The position numbers were made by a program, and so were the translations under genes. A stretch of DNA of 64,000 nt from a bacterium (lineage in GTDB: Bacteria; Patescibacteriota; Minisyncoccia; Phycocordibacterales; GWA1-40-21): assembly GCA_037131755.1 (NCBI GenBank), contig JBAXQJ010000002.1, positions 8,851 through 72,850 on the forward strand, given 5' to 3'. Under the pieces are notes generated by a model. The model was given only the letters and a program-made list of their open reading frames with translations. It was not told the origin of the DNA and searched no databases. Shown here piece after piece: positions 30,877-41,499 of the stretch (position 1 is its first letter; each line of letters starts with the position of its first letter).

Positions 30877-32232
30877 TTATAAGTACTTTTTAATCGCCGG
30901 AATGACTTTGTCGTATTTTATAAAAACAAGAAAGATTGGCCCGATCGAGTAAGATATCAGGGTGGCGTAAGCTGAACCGACAATTCCATATATCGGTATC
31001 CACCAAAGGTTCAAGATCACATTGATAATCATGGGAATTAGATTGAAGATGAAGAGCGTTGCCCTTTTGTTTTCGGCTATCAGATAATTGGTCGCCAAGT
31101 TGCTCAAGAAGGTGCCGACATTTGACCAGATATATATCTGAAGAATAATCGCACTTCCCGCAAAAGCGGCGCCGTAGATTATCTTTATGATGAAAGGGGC
31201 CAAGAAGGTAACTGGCAAGGCGATGATTATCGAAACGAAGAGAAGCAGGAGGGCGAGCTTGATTAGCCTCCCTCGGTAAACCTCGGTGGATGTCATCTTG
31301 GCATTTACTATCGCTGGGAAAAATGAAGCGACGACAATGTTGGGAATAAAGTACCAGACTTCGGTCAAGCGGACAGCCGAATCATAGATACCGACAGCGT
31401 GCGCGTCTATCATGTGTTTTATAAAGACTTGATCAATCCGGGCATAGACCATGGCAAAGACGCCGGTAAATATGAGCGGCCAGGAATCTTTCAGCAAACT
31501 GATCGTGACGTCTTTGTTGAATCGCCAGTGAATGACTTTGCGTCCAATTTCCGCTTCATAGATGATCCAGTAGGCGATGGCGTACAATATCGATTCAAGC
31601 AACAAAATGACCGCAAGATAAATGACTCCTTTTCCCAGATAGATGACTAAGATTTTGAGAATGTTCAATACCAGGGCGATAACAACTGATATGATGGAGG
31701 GATATTTTGAGAGAACGCGGGATTGGAACTCGTAGCTGATGACTTGAAACGAGTTGAAGATGAACGTCGCGGAAAGGATGAAGATAAGTATAAGTGAGAC
31801 GTCATCGGCTACAAAAAATAACGCAGATATGGTAATGACGATTGCGGTCAAGATGCCGGTAACCATTTTAATTGCAAAAGCCGATCCCAAAAATTCGTTT
31901 TTCTTTTCCGGGTATTTGATCAGATCACGGTAGAGGACATTGTCTATCCCGAGTGAGTAGAGAAAGGAGAGCAGGCCGACAAAGCTGATCGCATAGCTGA
32001 GCTGGCCATAGTTGCCAGGGCCAAGTTGGCGGGCCACAATTGCCGTCGTGGCAAAAGAAATCAACAAGCTGATTATTTTGGTCGAGAAAAGCCAGCCGGT
32101 ATTTTTAAAGTATTTTTGAAAACCTTTATCGGCCCATTTTGACTTGAGGTAGGCCAGGAGAGCCTGACGATCCTTCAAAATGCCAAAAAAGGAATTGTTT
32201 TGAGTGGCAATGTCAGCGGTTTCGTTCTCCAT
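30877..32232 (-). CDS. Wzx-type polysaccharide flippase (MOP superfamily)
   Basis: 451 aa with about 12-14 TM helices. First gene of the minus-strand glycan operon. Confidence 0.7.
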   Translation of the reverse strand: MENETADIATQNNSFFGILKDRQALLAYLKSKWADKGFQKYFKNTGWLFSTKIISLLISFATTAIVARQLGPGNYGQLSYAISFVGLLSFLYSLGIDNVLYRDLIKYPEKKNEFLGSAFAIKMVTGILTAIVITISALFFVADDVSLILIFILSATFIFNSFQVISYEFQSRVLSKYPSIISVVIALVLNILKILVIYLGKGVIYLAVILLLESILYAIAYWIIYEAEIGRKVIHWRFNKDVTISLLKDSWPLIFTGVFAMVYARIDQVFIKHMIDAHAVGIYDSAVRLTEVWYFIPNIVVASFFPAIVNAKMTSTEVYRGRLIKLALLLLFVSIIIALPVTFLAPFIIKIIYGAAFAGSAIILQIYIWSNVGTFLSNLATNYLIAENKRATLFIFNLIPMIINVILNLWWIPIYGIVGSAYATLISYSIGPIFLVFIKYDKVIPAIKKYL

Positions 32233-32325
32233 GATGGAGAGAATAATAGCACTTTTTGGGGTAAGTTTCTATATATTGAATAATAAAATTTATGGTATAC
32301 TGCGGGAATTAATAATTTAAGATAC

Positions 32326-32353
32326 TGGATTCCCGCCTGCGCGGGAATGACAG
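32326..32353. repeat. Family-3 palindromic element gattcccgcctgcgcgggaatgaca, copy 1
   Basis: Identical 25-mer at 47966..47990. The ttcccgc ctgc gcgggaa hairpin sits 11 nt upstream of the 32364 ATG. Confidence 0.55.
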
Positions 32354-32363
32354 ACGAAATTAC

Positions 32364-34538
32364 ATGAAAGACATATTGAAATATAGCATTTGGGCGGGAT
32401 TAGGAGCGATACTGGTAGTGCCGTTTATCGTAGCAGATGGGATGTTTTTCCCTTATATTACGGGCAAAAACTTCACTTTCCGGATAATCGTGGAGATCAT
32501 CCTTGGCTTATGGCTGATACTTATTATCAAAAACAAGGAGTTTCGGCCTAAGTGGTCCTGGCTTCTTGGCTGTGCCGGATTGTTTGCTGGCGTGATGCTG
32601 GTTGCGGATATCAATGCCGTCGCCCCGTTCAAGGCTTTTTGGAGCAATTATGAAAGAATGGAAGGCTGGGTGACAGTCGGACATCTCGTCGCTTACCTTT
32701 TGGTATTTTCGTCGATGCTCAATACGGAAAAGATGTGGCGCTGGTTTTTCCGGGTGTCAGTCGCTATGAGTTCAATTATGGCGGTTATGGCTTTGCAGGA
32801 AATCATCACCAAAGGCATTGACCGCGTGGCGGGGCCTCTCGGTAATCCGATTTATATCTCTATTTATTTCCTTTTTAATTTCTTTTTCATATTAATTCTT
32901 TTATATAAAGATGTCCTGGAAAAGCGGACAGACAGCTGGAGCGGTTTTAAAGGTATTTGGACCAGCGTGCTGTTCTATGTCTACTCGATCGTCGGACTGC
33001 TGTCGGTGTATTTGGTATACAAGACATCCCGCGGTGTGATGCTCGGTCTCATTGGCGGTTTGTTCTTTGCCATGGTAGTGCTCGCCATTTCTGAAAAGAA
33101 AAAAGTCGTCTTAAGGCAGATTTCTATCGGCGGAATTATCTTGATTGTCGTGCTGGTCGGCGCTTTCATCTCCATCCGCAATACAAGCTTCGTAAAAAAC
33201 AACTCGACCTTGGCCCGTTTTGCCGAAATTTCCTGGAGCAATATCAATGGCCAAGCCCGACAGCTGGTCTGGCCAATGGCAATCAAAGGCATCAAGGAAA
33301 AGCCGATCTTGGGCTGGGGACAGGACGGTTTTAACTATGTGTTCAATAAATATTACGATCCGAAAATGTATGCTCAGGAGCAATGGTTCGACCGGGCTCA
33401 CAATACCTCGCTCGATTACTTGGTAGCGGGCGGAATTCTCGGGTTCTTGGCCTACATTTCTTTATTTGGCGCCGCCCTGTATTTGCTGTGGTTCAGGAGG
33501 AATAGTTTGCAGTTGTCGGAAAAGGCTTTGGTGACCGGTCTGTTTGCCGGCTATTATTTCCAGAGCATGTTTGTGTTCGACAACCTGGTTAGCTACATCC
33601 TGTTTTTTGCCACGTTGGCTTACGTCCATTCTCGTACGGTAAATGAAAACGAAGAAGTACCGGTTCTCAAAAATGCTCCGGATAAAAAGGTCTCGAATAA
33701 AATTCAAAATCAGCAGGAAGGCTTCTGGGCCGGTTTCCTAGGCAATGAGGAATATCAGAATTATATCTTCATCCCCGCTATCATGATTTTGACGGCAGTC
33801 GGCGTGTACTGGGTAAATATTCCCGGCATCATGGCCAACAAGACTTTAATTGCTGCTATCAGCGAACAAAAAGACGCCAAGTCGGCCCTGGCCAATTTCA
33901 AACTGGCTTTGTCCTATCATTCGATGGCTGACTCAGAAATTCGCGAACAACTGGCTGCTTATACTCCAAGAGTCTTGGCTGCCGCTGGCGTAGACAACGC
34001 GACAAAGAAAGAATTTGCCGAATTTACTTTTGATCAATTGAAACAGCAGATTGAAAGGACCCCCTTTGATGCCCGCTATCAATTCTTTACGGGCGCTTTC
34101 TTGAATAACATTGGCAACCCGCAATTAGCCCTTCCTTATCTGGAGAAAGCGGTTGAAGAATCGCCAAACAAGCAGACGATGAGGTTTGAGCTGATCAGCA
34201 ACTTATTGACGCTTAATAAAAAGACCGAAGCGTTAGAACAAGCAAAGTTCACCTACGATCTAGAACCGGCTTATCAAGACGCCAGGATGATGTATGCTGC
34301 GGTCGCGATCATCAATCACCAGGAAAATATTTCTGATAGCTTGTTGGCCGGAGCAACAACGACAGATAATAAGATCAACCGAGCTTATCTTATTGTCGCT
34401 TCGGAATCTTATCTGGTGGGGGACAAGGCCAAAGCCGTTTCTTATATAAATAAGAGCATTAAAATAAATCCTGATTATAAGGCCGATGGTGAAAAGATTA
34501 TCCAGGGCATCTGGGCGGGGACAGTGAAGTTTGAGTAA
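32364..34538 (+). CDS. O-antigen ligase/polymerase-like (Wzy_C) membrane protein with a C-terminal TPR domain
   Basis: More than 10 TM helices, the WGQDGFNY...RAHNTSLDYLVAGGILGF motif, and a TPR-like C-terminal third. Confidence 0.6.
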   Translation: MKDILKYSIWAGLGAILVVPFIVADGMFFPYITGKNFTFRIIVEIILGLWLILIIKNKEFRPKWSWLLGCAGLFAGVMLVADINAVAPFKAFWSNYERMEGWVTVGHLVAYLLVFSSMLNTEKMWRWFFRVSVAMSSIMAVMALQEIITKGIDRVAGPLGNPIYISIYFLFNFFFILILLYKDVLEKRTDSWSGFKGIWTSVLFYVYSIVGLLSVYLVYKTSRGVMLGLIGGLFFAMVVLAISEKKKVVLRQISIGGIILIVVLVGAFISIRNTSFVKNNSTLARFAEISWSNINGQARQLVWPMAIKGIKEKPILGWGQDGFNYVFNKYYDPKMYAQEQWFDRAHNTSLDYLVAGGILGFLAYISLFGAALYLLWFRRNSLQLSEKALVTGLFAGYYFQSMFVFDNLVSYILFFATLAYVHSRTVNENEEVPVLKNAPDKKVSNKIQNQQEGFWAGFLGNEEYQNYIFIPAIMILTAVGVYWVNIPGIMANKTLIAAISEQKDAKSALANFKLALSYHSMADSEIREQLAAYTPRVLAAAGVDNATKKEFAEFTFDQLKQQIERTPFDARYQFFTGAFLNNIGNPQLALPYLEKAVEESPNKQTMRFELISNLLTLNKKTEALEQAKFTYDLEPAYQDARMMYAAVAIINHQENISDSLLAGATTTDNKINRAYLIVASESYLVGDKAKAVSYINKSIKINPDYKADGEKIIQGIWAGTVKFE

Positions 34539-34550
34539 GGGCGAGCGGTG

Positions 34551-34609
34551 TTTAATTTTCTAAGCTGACTTCACTAACACGTAAAACCAAAGGGCTCGCT
34601 TTATTTTAA
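34551..34609. repeat. Family-2 repeat, copy 1
   Basis: tttaattttctaagctgacttcactaacacgtaaaaccaaagggctcgc is about 90% identical to 61964..62013. Confidence 0.55.
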
Positions 34610-34932
34610 AAAATAGTTTGGAATATCCAGATACGCAAAGGCCCACCGAAGTGGGACTTTACGCAGACATTCGTTCGAGCTAGTCATTGCTAGCACTCAC
34701 CCCAATAGTATAGCATATTATTCGGGAAATGCAAGTCTATTGTTTGGGGTCGAAAAATACTATTATATACAGGTGCGATTGTTTTCGGTCACAGCCGGCG
34801 GTTGCACTCATATAAGACATTAGTTTTGGAGTTAGCCCCCGCCGGCGTTGATTGGAAATAATCAAGGTACGGAGTAGGCATAAAATAGCCATTTGCTCTA
34901 GTAGCTGATGGCTATTTTGTTATAATAGGATA

Positions 34933-35958
34933 ATGCTTGAGATTCAGGAGAACGTAAAATTAAATAATTATACAACCTTTAGAGTTGGTGGCAGTGCCAG
35001 GTATTTTATTGTTGTAAAAAACACAGCTGATTTGGAGAAAGTCGCTGATTTTGTGCGAGAGAGGTGTGTGCCATTTTTCATCTTGGGTGGCGGGGCTAAT
35101 CTCTTGGTCAATGATGGGGGATATGCCGGTTTGGTAATAAAAAATGAAATAAAAGGAAAAGAAATAATAGAAGTCAGTGAAAATAAAGTTTTACTCAGGG
35201 TTGGGGCGGGGGAAGACTGGGACGAGACGGTCGAATTTGCGGTGGAAAACGGTTTTGGTGGTTTGGAAAATCTCTCTGGCATTCCCGGGACAGTTGGTGC
35301 TTCGCCGGTGCAAAATATCGGCGCTTATGGGGCGGAAGTAAAAGATTGTATCGTTTCCGTTGATGTATTCAATCTGGAAACTGGGCGTGGTGAAGTGTAT
35401 TACAATCAAGAATGCGAATTTGCCTATCGCTGGAGTATTTTTAAGAAAAGCGGAAATAAAAAATTTGTTATTACCGCCGTGACTTTTGATCTAAAAAAGG
35501 ATAACAAGGCGAATATTGTTTATAAAGATTTACAAAAATATTTTTCTGACAGAAAGATTGCAAAACCAAGTATAAAAGAAGTTCGAGAAGCTGTCCTGGT
35601 AATTAGGGGTGAAAAACTGCCCGATCTGAAAACATTTGGCTGCGGCGGTTCATTTTTTAAGAATCCCATCGTCGAAGAAAGTGTTTGTGTGGAATTGGTG
35701 GAAAAGTATCCCGGTCTGCCGGCTTATAATGAGATGGATGGTCGCAAGAAAATATCTTTGGCGTGGATTCTCGACAGAGTCTGCGGTTTGAAAGGATATC
35801 GCGAAGGCGCGGTTGGCTTGTATGAAAAACAGCCTCTTATCTTGGTAAATCACGGAGGAGCAAACGCCGGGCAAATCAAGGCTTTTGCCGAGAAAATAGC
35901 CCAAATTGTGAGGGAAAAGACGGGGGTTGAAGTGGAATGGGAGGTGGAGCTGGTTTGA
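34933..35958 (+). CDS. murB: UDP-N-acetylenolpyruvoylglucosamine reductase (MurB)
   Basis: FAD-binding NYTTFRVGG and GGGANLL motifs, plus the C-terminal MurB domain. Confidence 0.85.
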   Translation: MLEIQENVKLNNYTTFRVGGSARYFIVVKNTADLEKVADFVRERCVPFFILGGGANLLVNDGGYAGLVIKNEIKGKEIIEVSENKVLLRVGAGEDWDETVEFAVENGFGGLENLSGIPGTVGASPVQNIGAYGAEVKDCIVSVDVFNLETGRGEVYYNQECEFAYRWSIFKKSGNKKFVITAVTFDLKKDNKANIVYKDLQKYFSDRKIAKPSIKEVREAVLVIRGEKLPDLKTFGCGGSFFKNPIVEESVCVELVEKYPGLPAYNEMDGRKKISLAWILDRVCGLKGYREGAVGLYEKQPLILVNHGGANAGQIKAFAEKIAQIVREKTGVEVEWEVELV

Positions 35959-36499
35959 AGGAGATAACGTGTTTTTATTTCCCGATCTTTCATTCCTGCG
36001 AAAGTTGAAATTTGGGTTGGGACCCAAATGAAAGACCTTGAACGTTTTGTAATCAAAAAGTGAAAGGTGTACAGTGCCTGTAAGGCAGGAATCTAGTATC
36101 AATAGATCCCATATAAAATTTAAAAGAGCGTCGAGTGAGATTATTTTTAGATTGTAGGTGAGACATTTTCTTTTTGGAGATTAGCGAGTCTGTTTTAAAT
36201 TTTTGTGTCCGCAAACAATTTTGCTTGGTTCAACTTTCTTAAGTTGAAAAATTGTTGAGGATTAGGAAAACTTTTCGCTGGAAAAAGTTTTCTGCACAAA
36301 AATTTAAAATCAGGCGAGCGGAGGTTATCCACAGTTTAGTTGCAAAAAACATTGTATTAATTTTTAAATGAGTTAAAATTAAACTAATTCAATGACAATT
36401 TTATTTTGGTCGATGGGGTCATTGATACTTATTAATTAAATTAATTTTAAGTGAGAGAGGAAAACTTGTTTTCACAATCATTTAAAAAATAAATCTATC

Positions 36500-36568
36500 A
36501 TGGCAAAGAAAGCAAAGAAGGCAGTTAAGAAGGGAAAGAAAGCTGCAAAGAAAGGAAAGAAGAAATAA
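36500..36568 (+). CDS. Candidate 22-aa Lys/Ala-rich micro-protein (MAKKAKKAVKKGKKAAKKGKKK)
   Basis: ATG ORF immediately followed by a terminator hairpin. It sits in a 540-bp ORF-free structured intergenic region. Uncertain. Confidence 0.3.
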   Translation: MAKKAKKAVKKGKKAAKKGKKK

Positions 36569-36574
36569 TCTTCG

Positions 36575-36607
36575 AAAAACATCCGCGAAAGCGGGTGTTT
36601 TTGTTTG
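36575..36607 (+). terminator. Rho-independent terminator after the micro-ORF
   Basis: catccgcgaaagcgggtg followed by tttttgtttg. Confidence 0.55.
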
Positions 36608-36663
36608 AGGTTTAATCGTATCTAACTGATGCCAAAAGCGGGGTTTTATGATAAGATTTCGGG

Positions 36664-39189
36664 ATGTCATTTTTAAATAAGATATTTGGAGATAAACACG
36701 AACGCGCCGTCAGGCCATATTGGGCAAAAGTGGCGGAAATCAATGCTTTTGAGCCGGCAATCAAGGCTTTATCAGACGAGGCTTTAAAGTCTAAAACGGC
36801 AGAATTCAGGGAGAAACTTTCTTCTGGCGCCACTCTGGAAGAAATATTACCGGAGGCTTTTGCGGTCGTTCGCGAGGCCTCTTATCGTACTTTGGGCGAG
36901 AGGCATTATGATGTCCAGCTGATCGGTGGAATGATCTTGAATGGGGGAAACATTGCCGAGATGCGTACTGGTGAAGGAAAAACTTTGGTGGCAACCCTGC
37001 CGGCATATCTGAATGCTCTCACCGGCAAGGGGGTGCATGTCGTGACCGTCAACGATTATTTGTCCCGACGTGACGCCGTGTGGATGGGACAGATTTATGA
37101 TTTTCTCGGTCTAACGGTGGGAATCATCAATCACGAAGCCTCATTTTTGTATGATTCGAAACATACGGAAAAAATAATTAACGGCGACAATGTCGATGTT
37201 TTGGATAAGACTCGAGACGAGCTCGGTTCATTTAAAGTCGTTCATGAATTTTTGCGACCTTGCACCAGGCGCGAGGCTTATGACGCTGATATTACTTACG
37301 GAACAAATAACGAATACGGTTTTGATTATTTGCGGGACAATATTGAGTATAGCACCAATGATCTGCGCCAGCGCGAATATAATTTTGCGATTGTCGATGA
37401 GGTAGACTCGATTTTGATTGATGAAGCGCGAACCCCGCTTATAATTTCCGCGCCGACCGTTGAGTCGGAGGATTTGTACGTGAAATTTGCCCAATTGGTA
37501 ACCGGTTTTAAGAAAGACGAGGATTATAAGGTGGATGAAAAACTGAAGGCGATCCAATTGACCGATGCGGGCATCAACAAGGCCGAAAAAGCTTTGGGTG
37601 TGGAAAATATCTATACGGATGCGGGAATGAAAATGGTTCATCATTTGGAAACGGCTGTCCGGGCCAAAGCCTTGTTTGAAAAGGATACTCATTATGTGAT
37701 CAAAGAGGGCGAGATTATGATCGTTGATGAATTTACCGGCCGCCTTCAGCCGGGCCGACGCTGGTCCGAGGGCTTGCATCAGGCGATCGAGGCCAAGGAG
37801 GGGGTGAAAATACAAAAAGAATCCCGAACTTTTGCGTCCATCACTTTCCAAAACTATTTCCGTTTGTATAAAAAACTGGCCGGTATGACCGGTACCGCTC
37901 TTACTTCTTCCGAGGAGTTTTACAAAGTCTATCATATGGATACTTTGATCGTGCCGACCAACAGAAAAATCCAAAGAACGGATTTGAATGATCTTATCTT
38001 TCAGACCGAGCACGGGAAATTCATTGCGGTAGCGAAGACAATCAAAGAGTTGAACAAGAAAGGCCAGCCGGTCCTGATCGGTACGGTCTCAATCGAAAAA
38101 AATGAAATCCTTTCGATGTACCTGACTCGTGAAGGCGTGTCTCACAAAGTCTTGAATGCGAAAAATCACGAGAGAGAAGGTGAGATTATTGCCGAGGGTG
38201 GTGAAAAGGGGGCGGTGACGGTCGCGACCAACATGGCTGGCCGAGGGGTGGATATCAAGCTTGGCGGTGTGCCTTTCAATAAAGAAAAATATGAGGAAGT
38301 GAAGGCGCTTGGCGGTCTGTACGTGATCGGAACGGAACGACATGAGGCGCGACGAATCGATAATCAGTTGCGCGGGCGGGCCGGCCGACAGGGTGATCCA
38401 GGTACGACGCAGTTCTATGTGTCGCTCGAAGATTCCCTGATGAGGATCTTTGCGTCCGATACGATCAAAAAAATGATGGGACGATTTGGTATGGCTGAAG
38501 ACGAGCCGATCGAGAATTATTTGATCACCAAATCGCTTGAAAGCGCTCAGACCAAGATTGAAGGCTTCAATTTTGATTCGCGAAAGCATGTCTTGGAGTA
38601 CGATGATGTTTTGAACTATCAAAGAAAGATCGTCTATGAGCGACGACGAGCCGTGCTCTTGGGTGACAAGGAAATGATCAAGGCAAAATTAGAGGAGGTG
38701 GTTGCCGGTGACGAAGCAATGAACAAAATAATCGCAGACAAGATCGCCCAGCTAGGCGAAGATGAATTCTATCGGATTGCTAAAATCGTGCTCCTGCAGG
38801 CTATCGATATGTTTTGGGTGGATCATTTGGAAATCATGGATTATACCCGATCTAGCGTGAATCTGCGCGCTTATGGCCAGCGCGATCCCTTGGTGGAATA
38901 CAAGAAGGAGGGTCTGCGTCTGTTCAAGGAAATGCAGGCAGCAATCGATGAACAGGTTTTGAAAATCATACCAAACGTTGGCGGCGGGGCTTTTGTGAGG
39001 GAAGAACAGCAATTAAAAGACACCCAGAAAAATATGAAATTGGCTGGTGGCGGGGTTGAGACTGAAGAAGGGGAAAAGGTTGTAACTACTGGCGAAAAAG
39101 AAAAGATTGGGAGAAATGACCCTTGTCCGTGCGGAGCAAAGAAAGCCGATGGAACGCCGGTAAAATATAAACATTGTCACGGTAAATAA
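36664..39189 (+). CDS. secA: Preprotein translocase ATPase SecA
   Basis: 841 aa with DEAD motor, preprotein cross-linking and scaffold domains, and a C-terminal zinc finger CPCGAKK....KHCHGK. Confidence 0.9.
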   Translation: MSFLNKIFGDKHERAVRPYWAKVAEINAFEPAIKALSDEALKSKTAEFREKLSSGATLEEILPEAFAVVREASYRTLGERHYDVQLIGGMILNGGNIAEMRTGEGKTLVATLPAYLNALTGKGVHVVTVNDYLSRRDAVWMGQIYDFLGLTVGIINHEASFLYDSKHTEKIINGDNVDVLDKTRDELGSFKVVHEFLRPCTRREAYDADITYGTNNEYGFDYLRDNIEYSTNDLRQREYNFAIVDEVDSILIDEARTPLIISAPTVESEDLYVKFAQLVTGFKKDEDYKVDEKLKAIQLTDAGINKAEKALGVENIYTDAGMKMVHHLETAVRAKALFEKDTHYVIKEGEIMIVDEFTGRLQPGRRWSEGLHQAIEAKEGVKIQKESRTFASITFQNYFRLYKKLAGMTGTALTSSEEFYKVYHMDTLIVPTNRKIQRTDLNDLIFQTEHGKFIAVAKTIKELNKKGQPVLIGTVSIEKNEILSMYLTREGVSHKVLNAKNHEREGEIIAEGGEKGAVTVATNMAGRGVDIKLGGVPFNKEKYEEVKALGGLYVIGTERHEARRIDNQLRGRAGRQGDPGTTQFYVSLEDSLMRIFASDTIKKMMGRFGMAEDEPIENYLITKSLESAQTKIEGFNFDSRKHVLEYDDVLNYQRKIVYERRRAVLLGDKEMIKAKLEEVVAGDEAMNKIIADKIAQLGEDEFYRIAKIVLLQAIDMFWVDHLEIMDYTRSSVNLRAYGQRDPLVEYKKEGLRLFKEMQAAIDEQVLKIIPNVGGGAFVREEQQLKDTQKNMKLAGGGVETEEGEKVVTTGEKEKIGRNDPCPCGAKKADGTPVKYKHCHGK

Positions 39190-39193
39190 GTGA

Positions 39194-39232
39194 GCAAAAA
39201 CAGTTTCTTTTTAAGAAACTGTTTTTGCTGTC
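39194..39232 (+). terminator. Rho-independent terminator after secA
   Basis: agcaaaaacagtttc ttttta agaaactgtttttgct. Confidence 0.7.
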
Positions 39233-39332
39233 TGTCGAGTGGATAACTTTGTTGACCGGATGTTTATTAGTAATAAAATTAAAGGCAGGGTTTTGAACTT
39301 TCTATTTCAAATATTTTTAAGGGAGGTCTCTA

Positions 39333-39797
39333 TTGAATGTAAATTCTCGCGAGTCTGATGGATATGGCTTTGAGCAGGAAGTGTGTGGTTGCGCTTTTAT
39401 AAATGTTGATCCGAAACACAGGAGACAAAATGGGATTAAGTTTAAAAATGCGGTTAAGTATGTGATCGCTATTCAGCGCCGACTCGGATGTAATCCGTGT
39501 CGTCCGAAGACCAGGCTGGCTCAAGCAGTCTTCAATCGCATTCAGAGCCGTTTGCGTTTGGCGGGACACAAAGAGAAGCTTTGCTTTTTTGTTTGTGTCG
39601 GAACTTGCATGGATTGCTTGGGAGTTGATTGTTTTTTCAAATGCGGAAACAGGATTGTCACTATCGATCTGTATTCCGGAAGGAATAAGCGGAAAAGCGG
39701 AAATGTTCGGGCGGACATTGTGTTGAAACGTGCGGATTTCATACACGATAAGCACTATCAAATCGCCGACAGGATAGCTGAAATGCTATTGGCTTAG
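39333..39797 (+). CDS. Hypothetical Cys-rich protein (154 aa)
   Basis: aagggagg lies upstream and a strong terminator follows. 13 Cys residues. A competing minus-strand ORF was rejected. Confidence 0.4.
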   Translation: MNVNSRESDGYGFEQEVCGCAFINVDPKHRRQNGIKFKNAVKYVIAIQRRLGCNPCRPKTRLAQAVFNRIQSRLRLAGHKEKLCFFVCVGTCMDCLGVDCFFKCGNRIVTIDLYSGRNKRKSGNVRADIVLKRADFIHDKHYQIADRIAEMLLA

Positions 39798-39804
39798 GCG
39801 CTAT

Positions 39805-39840
39805 GCCGGGTTTTCATCTGATGAAAACCCGGCTTTTATA
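39805..39840 (+). terminator. Rho-independent terminator
   Basis: gccgggttttcatctgatgaaaacccggc followed by ttttata. A second hairpin, aaaagcagctctattcaagctgctttt, follows. Confidence 0.7.
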
Positions 39841-39874
39841 ATAAAAAAGCAGCTCTATTCAAGCTGCTTTTAGG

Positions 39875-40050
39875 GAGTCCAGGTCTCTAGACTTTTGGTC
39901 TTTGTAGGCGTTCCGCCGACTCTCAGGTATTTTTCTGCTGAAAAATCCTGCGAGCCCGCCTCGCACCGCCGTGCTCCGGCCTTGCGGAAGCTCTAAGTAT
40001 TCGCTTCCTCACCTCGTTGTTCGGTTTTTTAGGCCTACACCTGGAGCCGC
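39875..40050. repeat. Family-1 nested-hairpin repeat, copy E
   Basis: Contains caggtatttttctgctgaaaaatcctgcgagcccgcctcgcaccgccgtgctccggcc, which is close to copy A. It is GC-rich relative to its surroundings. Confidence 0.5.
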
Positions 40051-40191
40051 AAATTCAGATATTATAGTATGTGGATTAGTTAAATAAGTCAAGATTTTTA
40101 ATTTATTTCCTTGTGATAAAATGATTCCCGTTGTGCCCGTCATGCGGACGCAATTTTTAATCAAACGAATTATTAATTTAATCGTATTTAA

Positions 40192-41487
<1,296 letters not shown>

Positions 41488-41499
41488 TATAACATCTTT

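Noticed and set aside
35959-36500. Search for SRP RNA, tmRNA, RNase P RNA or 6S RNA in the long intergenic region
   Set aside because: I did not find the consensus motifs (SRP AGCAGCC/GGAAG helix-8 pair, tmRNA tag-ORF plus T-arm, RNase P AGGAAAGTCCGGGCTCC). The region may still hold a novel ncRNA, as reported in findings.
37228-38622. Long minus-strand ORFs (261 aa, 177 aa) inside secA
   Set aside because: These are antisense shadows of a highly conserved gene.
39330-39761. 143-aa minus-strand ORF overlapping the Cys-rich plus-strand ORF
   Set aside because: The plus-strand ORF has aagggagg and two downstream terminators. The minus ORF has no start signal. This remains somewhat uncertain.
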